A stretch of DNA of 64,000 bases from NCBI GenBank assembly GCA_964106645.2, contig OZ078259.1; one strand, written 5' to 3'. Under the pieces are notes generated by a model that was not told the origin of the DNA, did not search any database, and was given only the letters and a program-made list of their open reading frames with translations. Source of the DNA: Podarcis pityusensis. Lineage: Eukaryota. Below are positions 25,193-39,034 of this stretch, piece by piece (within the stretch, counting starts at the first letter, position 1; each line of letters begins with the position of its first letter). Made by a program: the position numbers and the translations under genes.

Positions 25193-27311
25193 GGTGTCTT
25201 CATGATATATGGGTTATTTGAACATATATACCACTGGAGCCTATGATGGAGGGGCTCACAACATTAACACCCCAGAAGGACTTGTTTCTCCCCTAGCCAC
25301 AGAAATCAGGCATGGCTCTGCCTCCCAGCTGCCCAGGCTGCAGCCTGCTTGCTTCCAGCTTCTAGCTTGTACACACAACCCCCAACTCTGGTCTTTGTCT
25401 TTCTAACTACCAGCAAGTTGAGACCACAATGTCCATATAAAACATACCCTAATAATAATAAAAGCAACACTCAGGCTCTCTACTTAATAAACAAAACCTC
25501 AACCTCTCCCTAGTCCAAAAATCATTCACATCAGACCAGCATTTCTTCCCCTTTAATCCCCTACCCCACCCAGAACTCTGGACAGCTGTTGGTGTCATTG
25601 GTGGATGGGTACAGTGTCCTCCAGGGATGGCTCCTTGCTCCTGACACAATGGAGTGTCTGCAGTGCCATACAGAATCCTAGGGTGGGACTGTGGCTAGCT
25701 GGAAAGCAAAATGGCAGCATAGCTCTTTGTCTCCAATCTATGCAGACTGGATCCCAGCAGTGTTGCGTCTTTTTTGACACCTGGGATACATGCATGTGTG
25801 TGCGTGTGTGCTGGGCAGTGCCACAGAAGCCACTGCGCCAGGCCAGCCATCACCACCAACACTGCTGAGCACACGTCCACCAGGTGCAGAGGGTTCATGG
25901 AGCCCGTGCACCAGCTCAGCCCTGGCCACCTGAGCCAAGCAGGGCTGTGCCCCTGCTCACACATGTGGAGCCCGGTGGACCAATGCAGCTCTTGGTGGGC
26001 AAATCCCCCCTGATGCTGGCCAGGCAGCCATTCAGTGAGGGGACTGGGGACGCAGCACCAGGCAGGGTGGGATGGGACACTGTGCAGGGGCGCCTGGCTC
26101 ACACCCCCATTCTACGCCCGTGATGGATCCTATTGACATCTAATTGACAGCCTCAGCAAGGTTAGATCTTCAGGAAGAAGGTAGAGGGAGCTCTGCCTGA
26201 GTCTTCAGAGGAGGCCTCAGATGCTGACATGGCCAAAGGCAATATGAAGGACCAAGAAGGCAGGGAAGTTCTGCTACAATGGAGGAGGACAGAGACTCAG
26301 ATGTGTACAATAATAAAAAAGGCAGGCACTGGCCTTGGACGGGAGAGCAGCCCCAGCTCTGCTTGAGCAGAAATTTGATATGCTATCTCACTAAATGTCA
26401 GATATTATTAAAGCAGCAAATAATGCACACAATCTTGATCTAACCAATCTGTCGGTAAACAGCCTTGAAACTGTTGTTTAGCTTGTTTTCTGCTCTGCTC
26501 CTGTAACCCTGGGAGTGATGGGGGGGGGGCAGCCTGAAACGCACCCGGAAGCCTAGGCAACGTTGCTTCTCAAGGGTGCTGCTGATGAAATCTGCTTCCC
26601 CTGTTCCTCCTTCCAAGGAGATTTCAGGTTCAGGGTTTGAAACCTGAGTTAGCCCATCCTTGATAAAAGTCATGAAGGAAGGGCAGCCCACCTAGGGACC
26701 CTATCTGAATCATTTGGAGCTCATTCTGGAGGAAACACAATGTATGCATTTCACACTTCAATAGAAATGTACATGTAACCTTGTGACATCCTTCCTGAAT
26801 CAAAAACAAACAAACAACAGAAAAAACCAGACAGCTTCCAAAATGAATCATATCCCCTTCCTGGGCTCAGAAGACAAGGCCTGAGAGTTTGTCCCCTTCT
26901 GAAGAAGTAAATTATGAGCTGACTCCAAACTGAAAATTCCATGCAAAATTTGATGAAATCTGTGCAACAGTGATGAAATAGATGCCTCCTCTTGCTCTTG
27001 TGCAACCATCTTGCACTCATTGTCAACTGATCTGACAGGTTTCATTGGCCATGGCAGGCACCATTCATCTTCTAGGTTGGTCTGTTTTGGAAATGCACCA
27101 TTCATTTATTTTTATTTTTCCCCTGAAGCAACACTGATCTGTCTGCTTGGTCTACTTCCATGCTCCCTTGACTGTTGAAACCCAGTGCCAAATTCTCCAT
27201 ACTAATGTGATACCTGCTTGGGAGACCAGCCAGTGCCCAGCTGAAGACTTTTCAGCATTTTAGTTCCTGACTCCTCTTTCTGCATGCCATCCCTTTTTAT
27301 GTTAAGGGCAG

Positions 27312-27492
27312 CATAGGAGCCAACTCCTAGGTGCTGGGGGATCTTTGCCCCCCCCTAAAATATTTGAGGAGGCCCCCAGGTTGATGGGCATTGCCATTCA
27401 AATGGTGTGCATGCGCTGTGTCATGTGATTGATTATGCAGGGTGGGGCTTACCTCCCCCCCCCCCAATATATTATTCAAGTTGGCACTCCTG
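27312..27492. mobile_element. hAT MITE (family also at 43453 and 46145)
   Basis: Termini cataggagccaac / gttggcactcctg; TSD aagggcag / aaaggcag. Confidence 0.8.
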
Positions 27493-30330
27493 AAAGGCAG
27501 AGCAAATTGAAACCTGAACCCCATAGAGCTGACGTGGTACCGTTCCACAAGATGTGGGGGTGAGGATTTCATTGCCCTGCTCTGGAACTCTGTCAAGTGA
27601 AAATGCCTTGACGCTGATGCTGGACTACAACTCCCATCTTCCTTGATGGCTGCTCATGCTGGCTGAGGCTGATGGAGTTTGTAGTCCAACAACATTTGGA
27701 ACACACCATGTTGGCTACCCATACAGTCTGATGAAGAGTGCTGGTGAACTCCAAAGCTTGCTCCCTATTAATTTTGAATGCAAATGTTGTATTGGCAAGC
27801 TGAGATATTTCTATACATACTTTGCATATCTGCGTTCACTGGGTTTGGCGGGGGGAGGGTGGGGAGCGAGAAACCAGCATGTTTTCGCAAACACTTGATG
27901 ACTATTGCAAAGGAGTCCATAATTTTCTTAGATGGGGGAACTCTTCTTCAACATGTATTGCATAAAAACAAATAAGGAAGGTGGCCAAAGGAGCACAAAA
28001 GGAAGCAGTCACATTGGCAAATAATCTGGCAGGATAAAGCATCTATTGACTTATAGCCTCAGTTTCTACCACATGCAGGTTGCTGTTGCTGAACAGGTTT
28101 GCGTGCTGTGTATTGCAATTCTAGTTAGGCAAGTTTAGATTGATACTTTTTAAAAAATAAAAATAAAAATGGTTGCATCACCAGAAAAACAACTCTGTTA
28201 ACCACGCAAGTCAGAGGATGCACTGAGGACCATAAGAAGGAAATTGGAAGCATTTCATGAAAAAGTGCACTTCTCCAGTTAAGCCACCATCTAAGGATGG
28301 CTGCCTGTGATGCTGGAGAGCTGCTGCCATTCAGTGTTGGTGATACTGGCCTGGATGTGCCAAGGATCTGACTCAAAAGGGTAAGATGACTTCATTTGCT
28401 CATGTTGAACGCCTTGAGATTTCACACATCCACCCACATAGGTAAATGGAGCAAATTCCAGCTGGATATGGAAGTCTTTTATGTTCTATAGAAAAGCCTT
28501 TTCAGTGGCAGCCCCATACCTGGTGAGACACTAGCTTCTGTCTTCCCACAATAAAATTCATATCTCAGCACCTTTCCCAGCCTGGTGCCCCCCAGATGTT
28601 TTGGACTACAACTCAGGTTAGCCAAGGCCAAGCTACTTTACGGAACATCTTGCCTCATGAAATATACCTTGCTCCTGCATCAATACCCAAAGACCGTTGG
28701 ATTCTGGCAGACTTTTTACGTTTTAGCCTTTTTTCAAACACCAACCTTGTCACCTTGCACAATTATTTTATATTGCTTCAAATGTCATTGCAATGTTAAA
28801 AGCCATAAGCCACCCGGTGTGCTAGTTTTTTGCACCAGAAGAGCAGGAAACAAAGGTTTCAAAAAAGAAACAGATTGTGCTGATGTGCCACCGCAATATT
28901 TTACCAGAATTTATGAGCAAGTCAAAGAAAGCATATGTGCGCCGATTTAACCTCCTTTGAAAATGACATACATTTTGAGTATTTCCTCGTGAATTGTGAC
29001 ATTTATTGTTTCTTTGAAAGCAAAGATTTGGAGCCGCTCGCCAGGAGAAGGTAGGCTGGCTCCCCACCTTCAGTGAAACCTAGAAGACCTCATCAGCATG
29101 TATAAGGCTCAAGAAATGTTTAGGAAGCCCCATTCTGCGGCCAAAGGCCTTAGAAGTATTTTTTGGCACATTCCCAACCCCAACCCCCCAATTAGATGGG
29201 AATGTGTTGGAAACTAGATGGTTGGACTGAGACACCCTAGAGAAACTTCCCCCATCAACTACTGAACGGCTGTTTATGTAACAGCACAGGAACAAGAGGA
29301 AGGTTCAACATTCCCAGGAATGTGAGTCAATCAAAAACTGAAACTGCCTGGGGAAATTAAAAGAATGATTCATGGAAGAATCCTTGCACTGCCCAGATCC
29401 AGGAATTTTGGAAGAAGGAGGTGGACGACAGTGGCCTTGAGTATCTCACAAGTAACAGCAAGTCCTGTTGCCTCTCATCTGAAGAGCAGAGCAGTTGCGG
29501 TTTTCCTCCCCATCTCGGCACTGGGCTGAGCAAAGAGATTTCAAGCACTCTGCCCATCCCAGCGCTGTGATGGGGAGGAAATTGTCCCCTCAGCCCCTTG
29601 TCCTTTGCTGAGGATTTGACAGGAGAGGGGTTGCCAGCTGCTCACTGTGGTGCTCTGATGTGTGCATGTGAGGTGGGAGTTGGCAGTGGCCACAGCCATC
29701 ACTGACACACTAGTCCCAGATGGGAGGCAGGGGGGCCCTTTGGCTGCGGGAAAAAGGGTTGGTCACTGCTGCCATCTCTAATCCCAGTGAACCCAGACAC
29801 GTTCTGGACCGTAATGCAAAGCGGTCTGTGCATCCTCCTCTGCTGCGCCATCTCCATTGTGGGTTTCTATCACAGCGTCAGAAACCCAAGGCAGGGGCAG
29901 CCTGTTCCTCTGTATCATTGCCAAGTCCAACAATGCTCAACTCGGCTGATGTCAAGGATGATAAGGATGGGGAGAAATCAGTCTCACTTGCATTCCAAGG
30001 CGAATCTGCCTGATTTGCACATGATCCAAAACACAGCTTTCCATCCAGATTCTCCAAATTCTGCAGTGCACTTCTCTAGCCAAGTAATGTGTATAAAAAC
30101 ATATTCACTTGGGTAAAGTGTGCCTAAAATGTCCTATTGGTTAAAATAACGTGGAAAGGTGCTAAAGACACATCTGTAGGCCCCTTCGTGGTCTATTTCA
30201 GGACTCGCCTTATTTCTGTGGCTGTAAGTTGTTTTAAACTGTCCTTAGCCATTGTGTTGTAATGGTTGTAACTGCCACAAGAACATAAGAATAGTCTGCT
30301 GGGTCAAGCAAGTGGCCCAACATCCTGTTC

Positions 30331-30452
30331 CATACCCTCCAACACTTCTCCAATGAAAATAGGGATGTCCCATTCCACAATCAAATCAGAAACTGGGACG
30401 GCTTCTCTAAATCAGGGACATCCCTGGAAAATAGGGACACTTGGAGAGTCTG
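30331..30452. mobile_element. Small hAT-like MITE nested in a SINE-like repeat (second copy at ~48752-48879)
   Basis: Termini cataccctccaa / ttggagagtctg; ctgttc duplicated on both sides. Confidence 0.55.
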
Positions 30453-30559
30453 CTGTTCTCACAGTGGCCAACCAGATGCCCCAGTGGAAAACCCAGAGGC
30501 AGGATTCGAGAACAGGAGCACTTTCCCCTCCCTAGGAGGGCAACCAGAAGCACTTTTGC

Positions 30560-32345
30560 CTCTGACTGTGGCGGTAGAGCATAGCCCTCCTGGCGAGTAG
30601 CCATGGGTAGCCTTCTTCTCCTTGAGTTTGCCCAATCCTCTTTTAAAGCCACCCTAGTTGATTGCCTTCTGGTGGAGCAAGTTCCACACTTAGACTATTT
30701 GCTGCTTGGAAAAAATACTGTCTTTTATCTTTCCTAAATCTTCCAGGATACAGCTTCATTCGATGTCCACGAGTTCCAGTGTTATGAGAGACGGAGAAAA
30801 ACTTTTCTCTACCCATTTTCTCCATGCATTTGACTGCATGCCAAGCATAATTTCACAAACTTCAGTCATGCTGCTCCTTACTCACCTTTTCTCTAAACTA
30901 AGAAGTCTCAAATGCTACAACATTTCTTCAGAGGGGAGTCACCCCCACCCCCTTGATTATTTTTCAGTTGCCCTTATCTGAACCTTTTCCAACTCCAGAA
31001 TACAGTGGTGCCCCGCAAGACGAATGCCTCGCAAGACGGAAAACCCGCAAGACGAAAGGGTTTTCTGTTTTGGAGGCGCTTCGCAAGACGAATTTCCCTA
31101 TGGGCTTGCATCGCAAGACGAAAGCCCATAGGGAAATGCTGGCGGTCGGGAGCAAAGGCTTTCGCCCACAGCCGGCCTTCAGAAGAGGACCTCTTCTGAA
31201 GGCCGGCGGGGGGCAAAAGTCTTTGCTCCCCCCCCTGCCTTCCCCCCCCGCCTGCCCCGGGCGATCTTAAAATGCTGGCGGGCGGGAGCGAAGCGTTCGC
31301 TCCCGACCCCCAGCATTTTAAAATCTCCCCGGGACAGCAGAGACTTCTCTGCTGTCCCGGGGAGATTTTTAAATGCTGGGGGTCGGCAGCGAACGCTTCG
31401 CTCCCGACCCCCAGCATTTTAAAACGCTGTTCCGAAGCGGGGCGGGGGGGCCAGAACACCTTCTGAAGGCGGGCGGGGGCGAAAGTCTTTGTCCCCCCTG
31501 CCTGCCTTCCCAGGGGCTTTTAAATCGCCCCGGACAGCGGAGAAGTCCTCCGCTGTCCGGGGCGATTTTAAAATGCCGCCCGCCAGCATTTTAAGATCGC
31601 CCGGACAGCGGAGAAGTCCTCCGCTGTCCTGGGGTTTTTTAAAATGCTGGGGGTGGGAAGAAAAGCCCTTGTCCCCCCCCCCCCAGCCTTCAGAAGAGGT
31701 CCGGGGACAGACTGTCCCCGGACCTGGTCTGAAGGCGGTTTCCCTAGGAACGCATTGATTGATTTTCAATGCATTCCTATGGGAAACCGTGCATCGCAAG
31801 ACGAAAAACTCGCAAGACGAAGAGACTTGCGGAACGAATTAATTTCGTCTTGCGAGGCACCACTGTAGCCTTTTTGAGGTGAGTCGGCCAGAACTGTCCA
31901 TATGACTCCAAATGTGGTTGCACCATAGAGTTCTATAATGGCATTCATGATATCTGCCGTTTTATTTTCAATTCTTTTCCTAATGATCCCTAGCATGGAA
32001 TTTGCCTTTTCTACAGCCACTGCATACTGGCTCAACATCTTCATCAAGCTATCTCATATGAAGGCCTGTCATTTCCAGTTCAGATCCCATTAGCACATAT
32101 GTGTTCACACTTCACACTTGTTTCCACTGAATTGCATTTGCTATTTTACTGCCCATTCCACCCGTTTGGAGAAGTCGTTTTGGAGCTCTTTGCAATCTCT
32201 TTTTGTTTTAACGACCCTGAACAATTTAGTGTCATCGGCAAATTTGGCCACCGTACTGTTTGTTCCTAACTCTAGATCATTTATGAACAAGTTAAAAAGC
32301 ACAGGCTCCCATACCAATCCTTATGGGACTCCACTTTCTACTTCT
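30560..32345 (-). mobile_element. CR1 LINE fragment split by a mariner element
   Basis: Minus-strand KANSMLGIIRKRIENK and TGTRGHRMKL...FRKDKRQYFF, plus KFADDTKL-like sequence near 32240. Confidence 0.8.
31003..31865. mobile_element. Tc1/mariner (Tigger-like) non-autonomous element with a nested-palindrome interior
   Basis: TA TSDs; TIRs cagtggtgccccgcaagacgaa / ttcgtcttgcgaggcaccactg; repeated subterminal cgcaagacg motifs; CpG-rich, so probably young. Confidence 0.88.
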
Positions 32346-32549
32346 TCCAGTCAGAGAACTGCCCCTGATACCTTGTGGTAAAGGGAGGGCTAATAATAAT
32401 AATAAGCACTGCTCTGCAAAGATGTCCATATTAGGCAAGATTGTATGCAAACATTTGTATATTGGGAGAAATTCACACTAAAATTAGATGAATTTCCACG
32501 AGGACTTCAAAAAATCCACAAACTAAATTTAAGGTTGGAAAAATGAGTA

Positions 32550-32758
32550 CAGGCAGCTTCCAATTTTCACAGGGGTTACGTTCCAAGGTACTGTGCATTT
32601 AAGCGAAATCACATATATTTGAAATACCACTGGAAAAGTCCACCCTCACTCTGCCCCTTTCTGTGAAGTTTACAGCAGGTCACTTCCAGGTTACGCACTA
32701 TGCACATGTGCGCAGTTGCACACATACTGAATGTGTGTGAATGGGGTGTGTGTGCCTG
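32550..32758. mobile_element. Old Tigger-like MITE
   Basis: TA-flanked caggca...tgcctg termini. Confidence 0.45.
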
Positions 32759-33112
32759 TAACTGATATAGCACAATTTTAGCATTTTTGCCAACCCAATG
32801 GTGCACATTGCACCATTAGCGTTAGAGTTAGAACAGGGATGGTTAGCTCTCTCTGTGTTGTTGGATCACAACTCCCATCAGCCCAGCCAGCAGGACCAAT
32901 GTCCAGAGCGGCTGGGAGTTGTAGCCCAGCAACATTTGGAGAGCTACAAATCCCCCATTCCTGAAGGGTTTAAAAAACAAAACAACAACAACAACAAAAA
33001 AACCCCTGCTTGATCTTGTTGTGCTGCATCACGGTCCTGGTAGTTGCTCAACCACCAAGTCCTTCCCACCCACACATATTCATAGATTTCATTAAATCTG
33101 AGAAGCCAAATA

Positions 33113-33281
33113 CCGTATTTTTTGCACCATAACACTCACTTTTTTCCTCCTAGAAAGTAAGGGGAAATGTCTGTGCGTGTTATGGAGGGAATGCCTACGG
33201 GTGGCATGCCTACGGATTTTCCTCCTCTAAAAACTACGTGCGTGTTATGGTCGGGTGCATGTTATAGAGCGAAAAATACGG
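33113..33281. mobile_element. Short Tc2/pogo-like MITE (same termini as 2881 and 61092)
   Basis: TA TSDs; ccgtatttttt / aaaaatacgg ends. Confidence 0.8.
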
Positions 33282-33311
33282 TAAATTACACAGAAATATG
33301 CAATATGAGTA

Positions 33312-33545
33312 CAGTGGTACCTTGGGTTAATAACTTAATTTGTTCTGGAGGTCCGTTCTTAACCTGAAACTGTTCTTAACCTGAGGTACCACTTTAGCTA
33401 ATGGGGCCTCCTGCTGCCGCCGCCACGCGATTTCTGTTCTCATCCTGAAGCAGAGTTCTTAACCTGAGGTACTATTTCTGGGTTAGCGGAGTCTGTAACC
33501 TGAAGCGCCTGTAACCTTAAGCGTCTGTAACCCGAGGTACCACTG
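33312..33545. mobile_element. Tc1/mariner MITE, CAGTGGTACC family
   Basis: TA TSDs and TIRs. Confidence 0.85.
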
Positions 33546-35895
33546 TAATAAAAAAAAATCCCAGGTTGACAAAATTGATGGTGATACAGAACTGGGGTTA
33601 TCTTTGGTCAGAGTCCGAATACACATGTGCCTTTGTTCTGCTTAAGGTAACTCCTGAAACTATGTCTGGACGACAATTGGAATGCCAGGCACACCCATTT
33701 GGCCTGGAAGCAACTTGGAGCTCTCTGTGTTGAACTAACCTTGCTTTGACAGTCACTTAGCTCTGCAATTCCATCACCTGGGCAGCACCTCTTGACACAT
33801 ACTGTTTGACCTGGGTGTTCTCCTTCTGCCAACCTGCTTGTGTAAGGGCTGCCTCTCACATATGTCAGACGGGGTGCCCAGCCTGGTCTTGTAAGACGGT
33901 CACTCATCTCCACCACAATGGCATCTAAGTCCCTGGCATGCACTCATTGCTTCTGCCAGCACTTTTCAGGGAAGACTTCCTGTTAAGGGACACCTCGCTT
34001 CCATGAGTGGCATGTGGGCAGACTTGCCCTACAAGTTGATTTACTCTGTGGATCTTGCATTTTCCACCTGTAAGTTGAGGGATGAGAACCTGTCTGAAAG
34101 TGTTTGGGTGAAAACAGAAACAAGTTGGCTGGCATACCTGTCTCTTGTCCTAGGCAAGAGGGCAGAAGGTTCCAGTCCAGTGAAGAAAAGAAAGTGCTAT
34201 TTTGAAACCCCTGATACAAAGGTCTCCTAAGCATAAGAACACAAAGATGGCCTGCTGGATTAGGCCAACGGGCGCCAATCTAGTCCACCTTTCAGTTCCC
34301 ACAGTGGCCAACCAGGGAAGCCTGGAGACAGGAACAGAGAACCAGACCACTCTCCCCACTTGTGGTTTCCAGAAACTGGTAGCCAGAGGCTGACTGTGGA
34401 AGTGCAGCCCGGCCATCACTGCTAGAAGCTACTGGCAGCCCCCAATAGCCTTCTCCTCCATGAATTTGTCCAGCCCCCTTTTAAAACCATCCAAGTTGGT
34501 GGCCATAACTAACTCTTCCTGTGGGTGTGAGTTCCACAGTTTAACTAATATATTGGGGAAAGTGTTACAGAGTGAGGAAAGATAACTTACAGATCAATAA
34601 ACAGCAGCTGCCACTTATTCTTAGAAGAATCAATTGTGAATTTTCCTTTTCTCATTCATGTTTGGTTATTAGAAAGGTGGGGACTCCCCCCTCCTAAATG
34701 TCACAACTCCATGGCACAGACACAACAAGCTTTCCCCTTCGCTTTCAGCATCACTTGCAGCTTGGAACTGGCCTCCCCCAGTTAATCGACTAAACATTTT
34801 GTTACTTAATTGGCTGGTTAATCTGCCAGTCACATGGATTTAAGGCTGTAATCCCAACACAACTATTCCTGGGGATAACATCCGCTGAGCACCTTGGGGC
34901 TTGCTTCTGAATAAACACGTATTTATTTGTTATCTCTTTGCTTACATTTATATCCCACCTTTTTCTCCAAGGAGCTAAAGCAACTGGCCCAAGGTCACAT
35001 CCAGTGAGTGGGGATTTGAATCCTGGTCTCCCAGGTCTCAACCCAGTACTCTAACCGCCAGAGTTTCCAAAAACAACTGAGGACATTTGCTGCTGTTGTT
35101 CTAACAGTCTTTCCCAGCTGGATAAATGGGTCTTCACTGTGAGTTGTATACTTTGTATGGTTTTCTTTATGTTTTAAATCTGCTGTTTTTTATATTTCTA
35201 ACTAGGTTGTTTTTTGCAGGTTCTAGTGTACATTGCCTGAGACAACTGTGTAGAAAGTGAATAATAATAGCAGCTTGATTCCTCCTCACCCCCATAACTC
35301 CAAATCCTGCTTGAACTGACTTTCGGACTCCTTCTTGTAAGGCCAAGCCCACCCCTCTCCACCCAGAGAAAATGCCAGAAGTCTGTTTCACAGCAGTCAC
35401 CATAGCCTTGCAGTTGCCAGCCTAGTTACACACACTGGTTATATTTTTTTAAAGAAGGAAATAATGTACGGTAAATATCTCCCGGACACCCAGGTTTCAC
35501 CCACCCCCTATGCAGTGTTGACACTTTGCTTTCTGGGCACCTTGTGCTTGCACCTTTAAAAAGAAAGAAACAAAACACCACAGTAGCATGACATCATTAA
35601 CATTGCAAAATATACTTTCATCCTGCTAAGCAGGGATGAACGTGACTGCACAGTGCGGTTGGCATCAGGGTGTGTTGCCAAGTAAATACAGATTATCTCA
35701 GAGGAGCCTTCCATAATCATTAAGGCAAGATGCCAATAGAGTGTTTGTTGTTTTTTTAAGAAAATAATCATAACAAAAACCTTCCACCAAGCCTGGGGTT
35801 GTTATAAGCCTAAGGGCTGTTTGTTATACACCTGAGGAGTAGAGTTTCAATATCATTGTTCTGTGGCAGCTCCTTAGCAGTAGAAATTCCTCCCC

Positions 35896-36262
35896 ATGCC
35901 TCTGTGGAGGAAGTCAAACTGCTGTGTTAGCAGCACTGAGGTGACCCCTCAGGGGCACAAGCTTGGGCAGTGTGTCTGGAGGTCCTGGGCTGCCCAGACG
36001 GCAAGACCCCTCCCTCTCGGCCTCACTGATATGGTCCAAAGGAAAGCAGAGCAAGACGTTTGGCACCAGCTTGGCTGCAGGAGTTGCCGGAAGGTGACGT
36101 ACAAGGCGCCACCCAACCCTTCTTAGGGTCTCCAAATTTCTGTAGGTTTACTCCTTAGCCTTTTCTTCTCCTGAAGATATCTTGCAAGGCAGTAGAGGTT
36201 TAAGATCAGGGTTTCCCTTCTCCTAGATGGGCTCCCTTCCCAGGCAGATGAGCCCCATCTGC
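35896..36262 (-). mobile_element. RTE-derived retroposon, second copy (5'-truncated)
   Basis: Reverse-complement homology to ~9005-9390. Confidence 0.55.
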
Positions 36263-36726
36263 TGTGTGTGGGAGGGGGGTGGCGAACCAAGACATCTGGG
36301 ACCTGAGGCAAAGTACAAAATGGTGGGCCCCCTCCAGGGAAGAAGGGGGGTGAGTGAAGGTCTACATTGGGAATAAGGGCAGTGGAATCAAATCAGGCTT
36401 ACCTGACAGTTGAAGTGAGAATCAAAGGCTCTTGTGGGGTGGCGGCCTGCTTTAAATCACACCTAGTAGGTGCAGACCCCTGGAAACCCCAGAGGGAAGC
36501 TCCCATCATTTCCTCCCTAGGGTGGGAGGAAACCAGTAGTGTCTCCTATTTGTCAAGAGGTCACTGTAGAGAAGTGGGGGTGGGGGGACTTCCAAACAGG
36601 ATGCTGAGTCACCACAGCCATCACTTCCACATTATGGAAGTGGCAGCAGCAGTGGGTGATGCATTTCTTGGAAGCCAGATTTGCTGCCCCTGTGGATCCT
36701 GCCACCCAAGGCAATTGCCTCATCTT

Positions 36727-37001
36727 GCCAGTGTGGTGTAGTTGTAAGGAGCGGTAGACTCGTAATCTGGTGAACTGGGTTCGCTTCCCCGCTCCTCCAC
36801 CTGCAGCTGCTGGGTGACCTTGGGCTACTCTAAAGTCTCTCAGCCCCACTCACCTCACAGAGTATTTGTTGTGGGGGAGGAAGGGAAAGGAGAATGTTAG
36901 CCACTTGGAGACTCCTTAAGGGGAGTGAAAGGCGGGATATCAAGTCCAAACTCCTCCTCCTCCTCCTCCTCCTCCTCCTCCTCCTCCTCCTCCTCCTCCT
37001 C
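36727..37001 (+). mobile_element. tRNA-derived SINE with a (TCC)n tail
   Basis: A-box-like tggtgtagttg, B-box-like ggttcgcttcc, core ctgggtgaccttgggc; (TCC)n at 36951-37001. Confidence 0.75.
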
Positions 37002-37096
37002 TTCATAGGAGGGCCAGCCCTATTATCTTGTTTGAAAATAGTTTTAACTGGTTCATCCTGAGACCCTACATTGAGGGGCCAATAATAAATTGAAAT

Positions 37097-37339
37097 AAAG
37101 TACTACCTCAGGTTAAGAACTTAATTCATTCTGGAGGTCCATTCTTAACCTGAAACTGTTCTTAACCTGAGGAACCACTTTAGCTAATGGGGCCTCCTGC
37201 TGCCGCCGCGCTGCTGCTGCACGATTTCTGTTCTCATCCTGAAGCAAAGTTCTTAACCCGAGGTACTATTTCTGGGTTAGCGGAGTCTGTAACCTGAAGC
37301 GTATGTAACCTGAAGCATATGTAACCCAAGGTACCACTG
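37097..37339. mobile_element. Tc1/mariner MITE, CAGTGGTACC family (left TIR degraded)
   Basis: Homology to 33312-33545; right end gtaccactg followed by TA. Confidence 0.8.
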
Positions 37340-39034
37340 TAATAATGATAGCTTGGAGCAAATTGGTTTCTTTTTAGGGCTAGTCTTCAGAAAACACTTT
37401 TGTTATTATTGGCAAATGATAGCCTTGTGCACTTCTGGGCAGGAGGGCATGAATCTCAAACACCTGTGGGAAGCTGAGTGGGTGACTCAAGAAGCAGGTC
37501 TTTTATTGTTATTACAACCCTATCTCCCAAGTGATGCCTGCCTTGGCTACTTTGCTGTGTAGCTTTTGGTGCCTAGTTAAAACTCAGCCTTAATTGCATC
37601 CTCCCCCCGGACATTTGCTGCTTTCTGTGCTGCTTATGATGTCGTTGTTGTTGTTTGTTTGACAGTGAAAAACCATTGCTACGTTTAATTTTGGATAGAT
37701 GAATGAGCAGCTAGGAGTTATGATGGAACCTCTGTTTTCAGAAGCAGTCTACATCTGCTTACCAAATGGTGTGGACATATGACAGTGAGGGCTCATTGTC
37801 CTCTTAAGTCCCTCTTGTGGGCATCCCATTGGAACAAAGGAAATTGCATGTGCTGAGTCAACCAATGATCCATCGCACTCAGTACTTGTCTACATTGACT
37901 GGAAGCAGCTTTCAGGCAGGGGACATTCCCAGCCCAACCTAGATGCCAGGGGTCACACCTGGGGCCTTAACATGCAAGACAGATGCTCTGCTACTGATCT
38001 ATGGTCTCTTCCAGATGCATCAACTTGCAAGAAACTGGATTCTGACCTAGTTTGGGCTTTGGTCTGGCCCAGCAGGGTTCCCTTATGTAAATATAAATAT
38101 ATTTTGTTATACAGTTGGATACCAATTTAATCTGTTTCTTAAAATTTATTCTGGCAGATTTATGCTGCAAAGGTTATTAGTTTTAGCCCTTGATGGTCAC
38201 GAGGCTTGCTACTTTAATTTCCATTATTTCTCATTTTACAATAAATGGACTTGAAAACTGTATTGTAGCAGCCCTTGCAAGCCTAGTGCCCTTCATATAT
38301 TTTGGACTACAGCTCCCATGAGCCCCAACCAAGGCTGCATCATTCCAAAAATGTGGTGGAGATCACCTAAAAAGGGGGGGGGGTTATATACATATACGGC
38401 TAATACAGCATCTAGATTAGCCCCAAACCAGGTGTGGCATGCAGCCTTGAGTGCCCCCCCAAAAGCATTCAAAGCCCGAAATTGTCAGGAATCAAGGTGC
38501 TTTCTGCAGAAGGTTTTCCTTTTCTTGTGCTTTTGAAAGGAGGGAATTTAGTAAGAAAATTTGAAGAGTCCTGCGGGATCAGACCTAAGGTTGTAACAAC
38601 CACAACAGAATAACGATCCCCTCCTTCAAGCCCTCTTTAAACCACTTTTGTGTATCTACAAATTCCACTAGCTAATTGTGCCCCCTTTCGCTTTGCTCTC
38701 TGCCTCTTGCAGGCTGGTTTCATTGGGTGGCCCCTGAGTTCTAGTGGCATAAGAGGCAGGTGGTGAAAAATGATCCCTGCCTGCTTTCTCTGCACCACGC
38801 ATGGTTTTTATAACCCACCCACCCTTCTCCAAAGCTCCAAATGCCTTTGCTTTTCCCTTGGGGAGATATTCAAGCCAATAACAGGGAGTAGCAAATGGAA
38901 TACATTGGTTCCTTCTGAATAGCCAAAGGAATGCCAGGCCCCAACTGCTACATGCTTCCCACCATCAGGGTGGTGATTGGCCCAGTGTCCTTGGTGATTC
39001 TTAGGGACCGTCTTCAAATGGCCAGAACAAAAAG

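Noticed and set aside
30953-31868. ORF cluster and repeat-spacer-like look (CRISPR-like)
   Set aside because: The units are inverted modules inside a TA-flanked transposon in vertebrate DNA, with no unique spacers and no cas genes.
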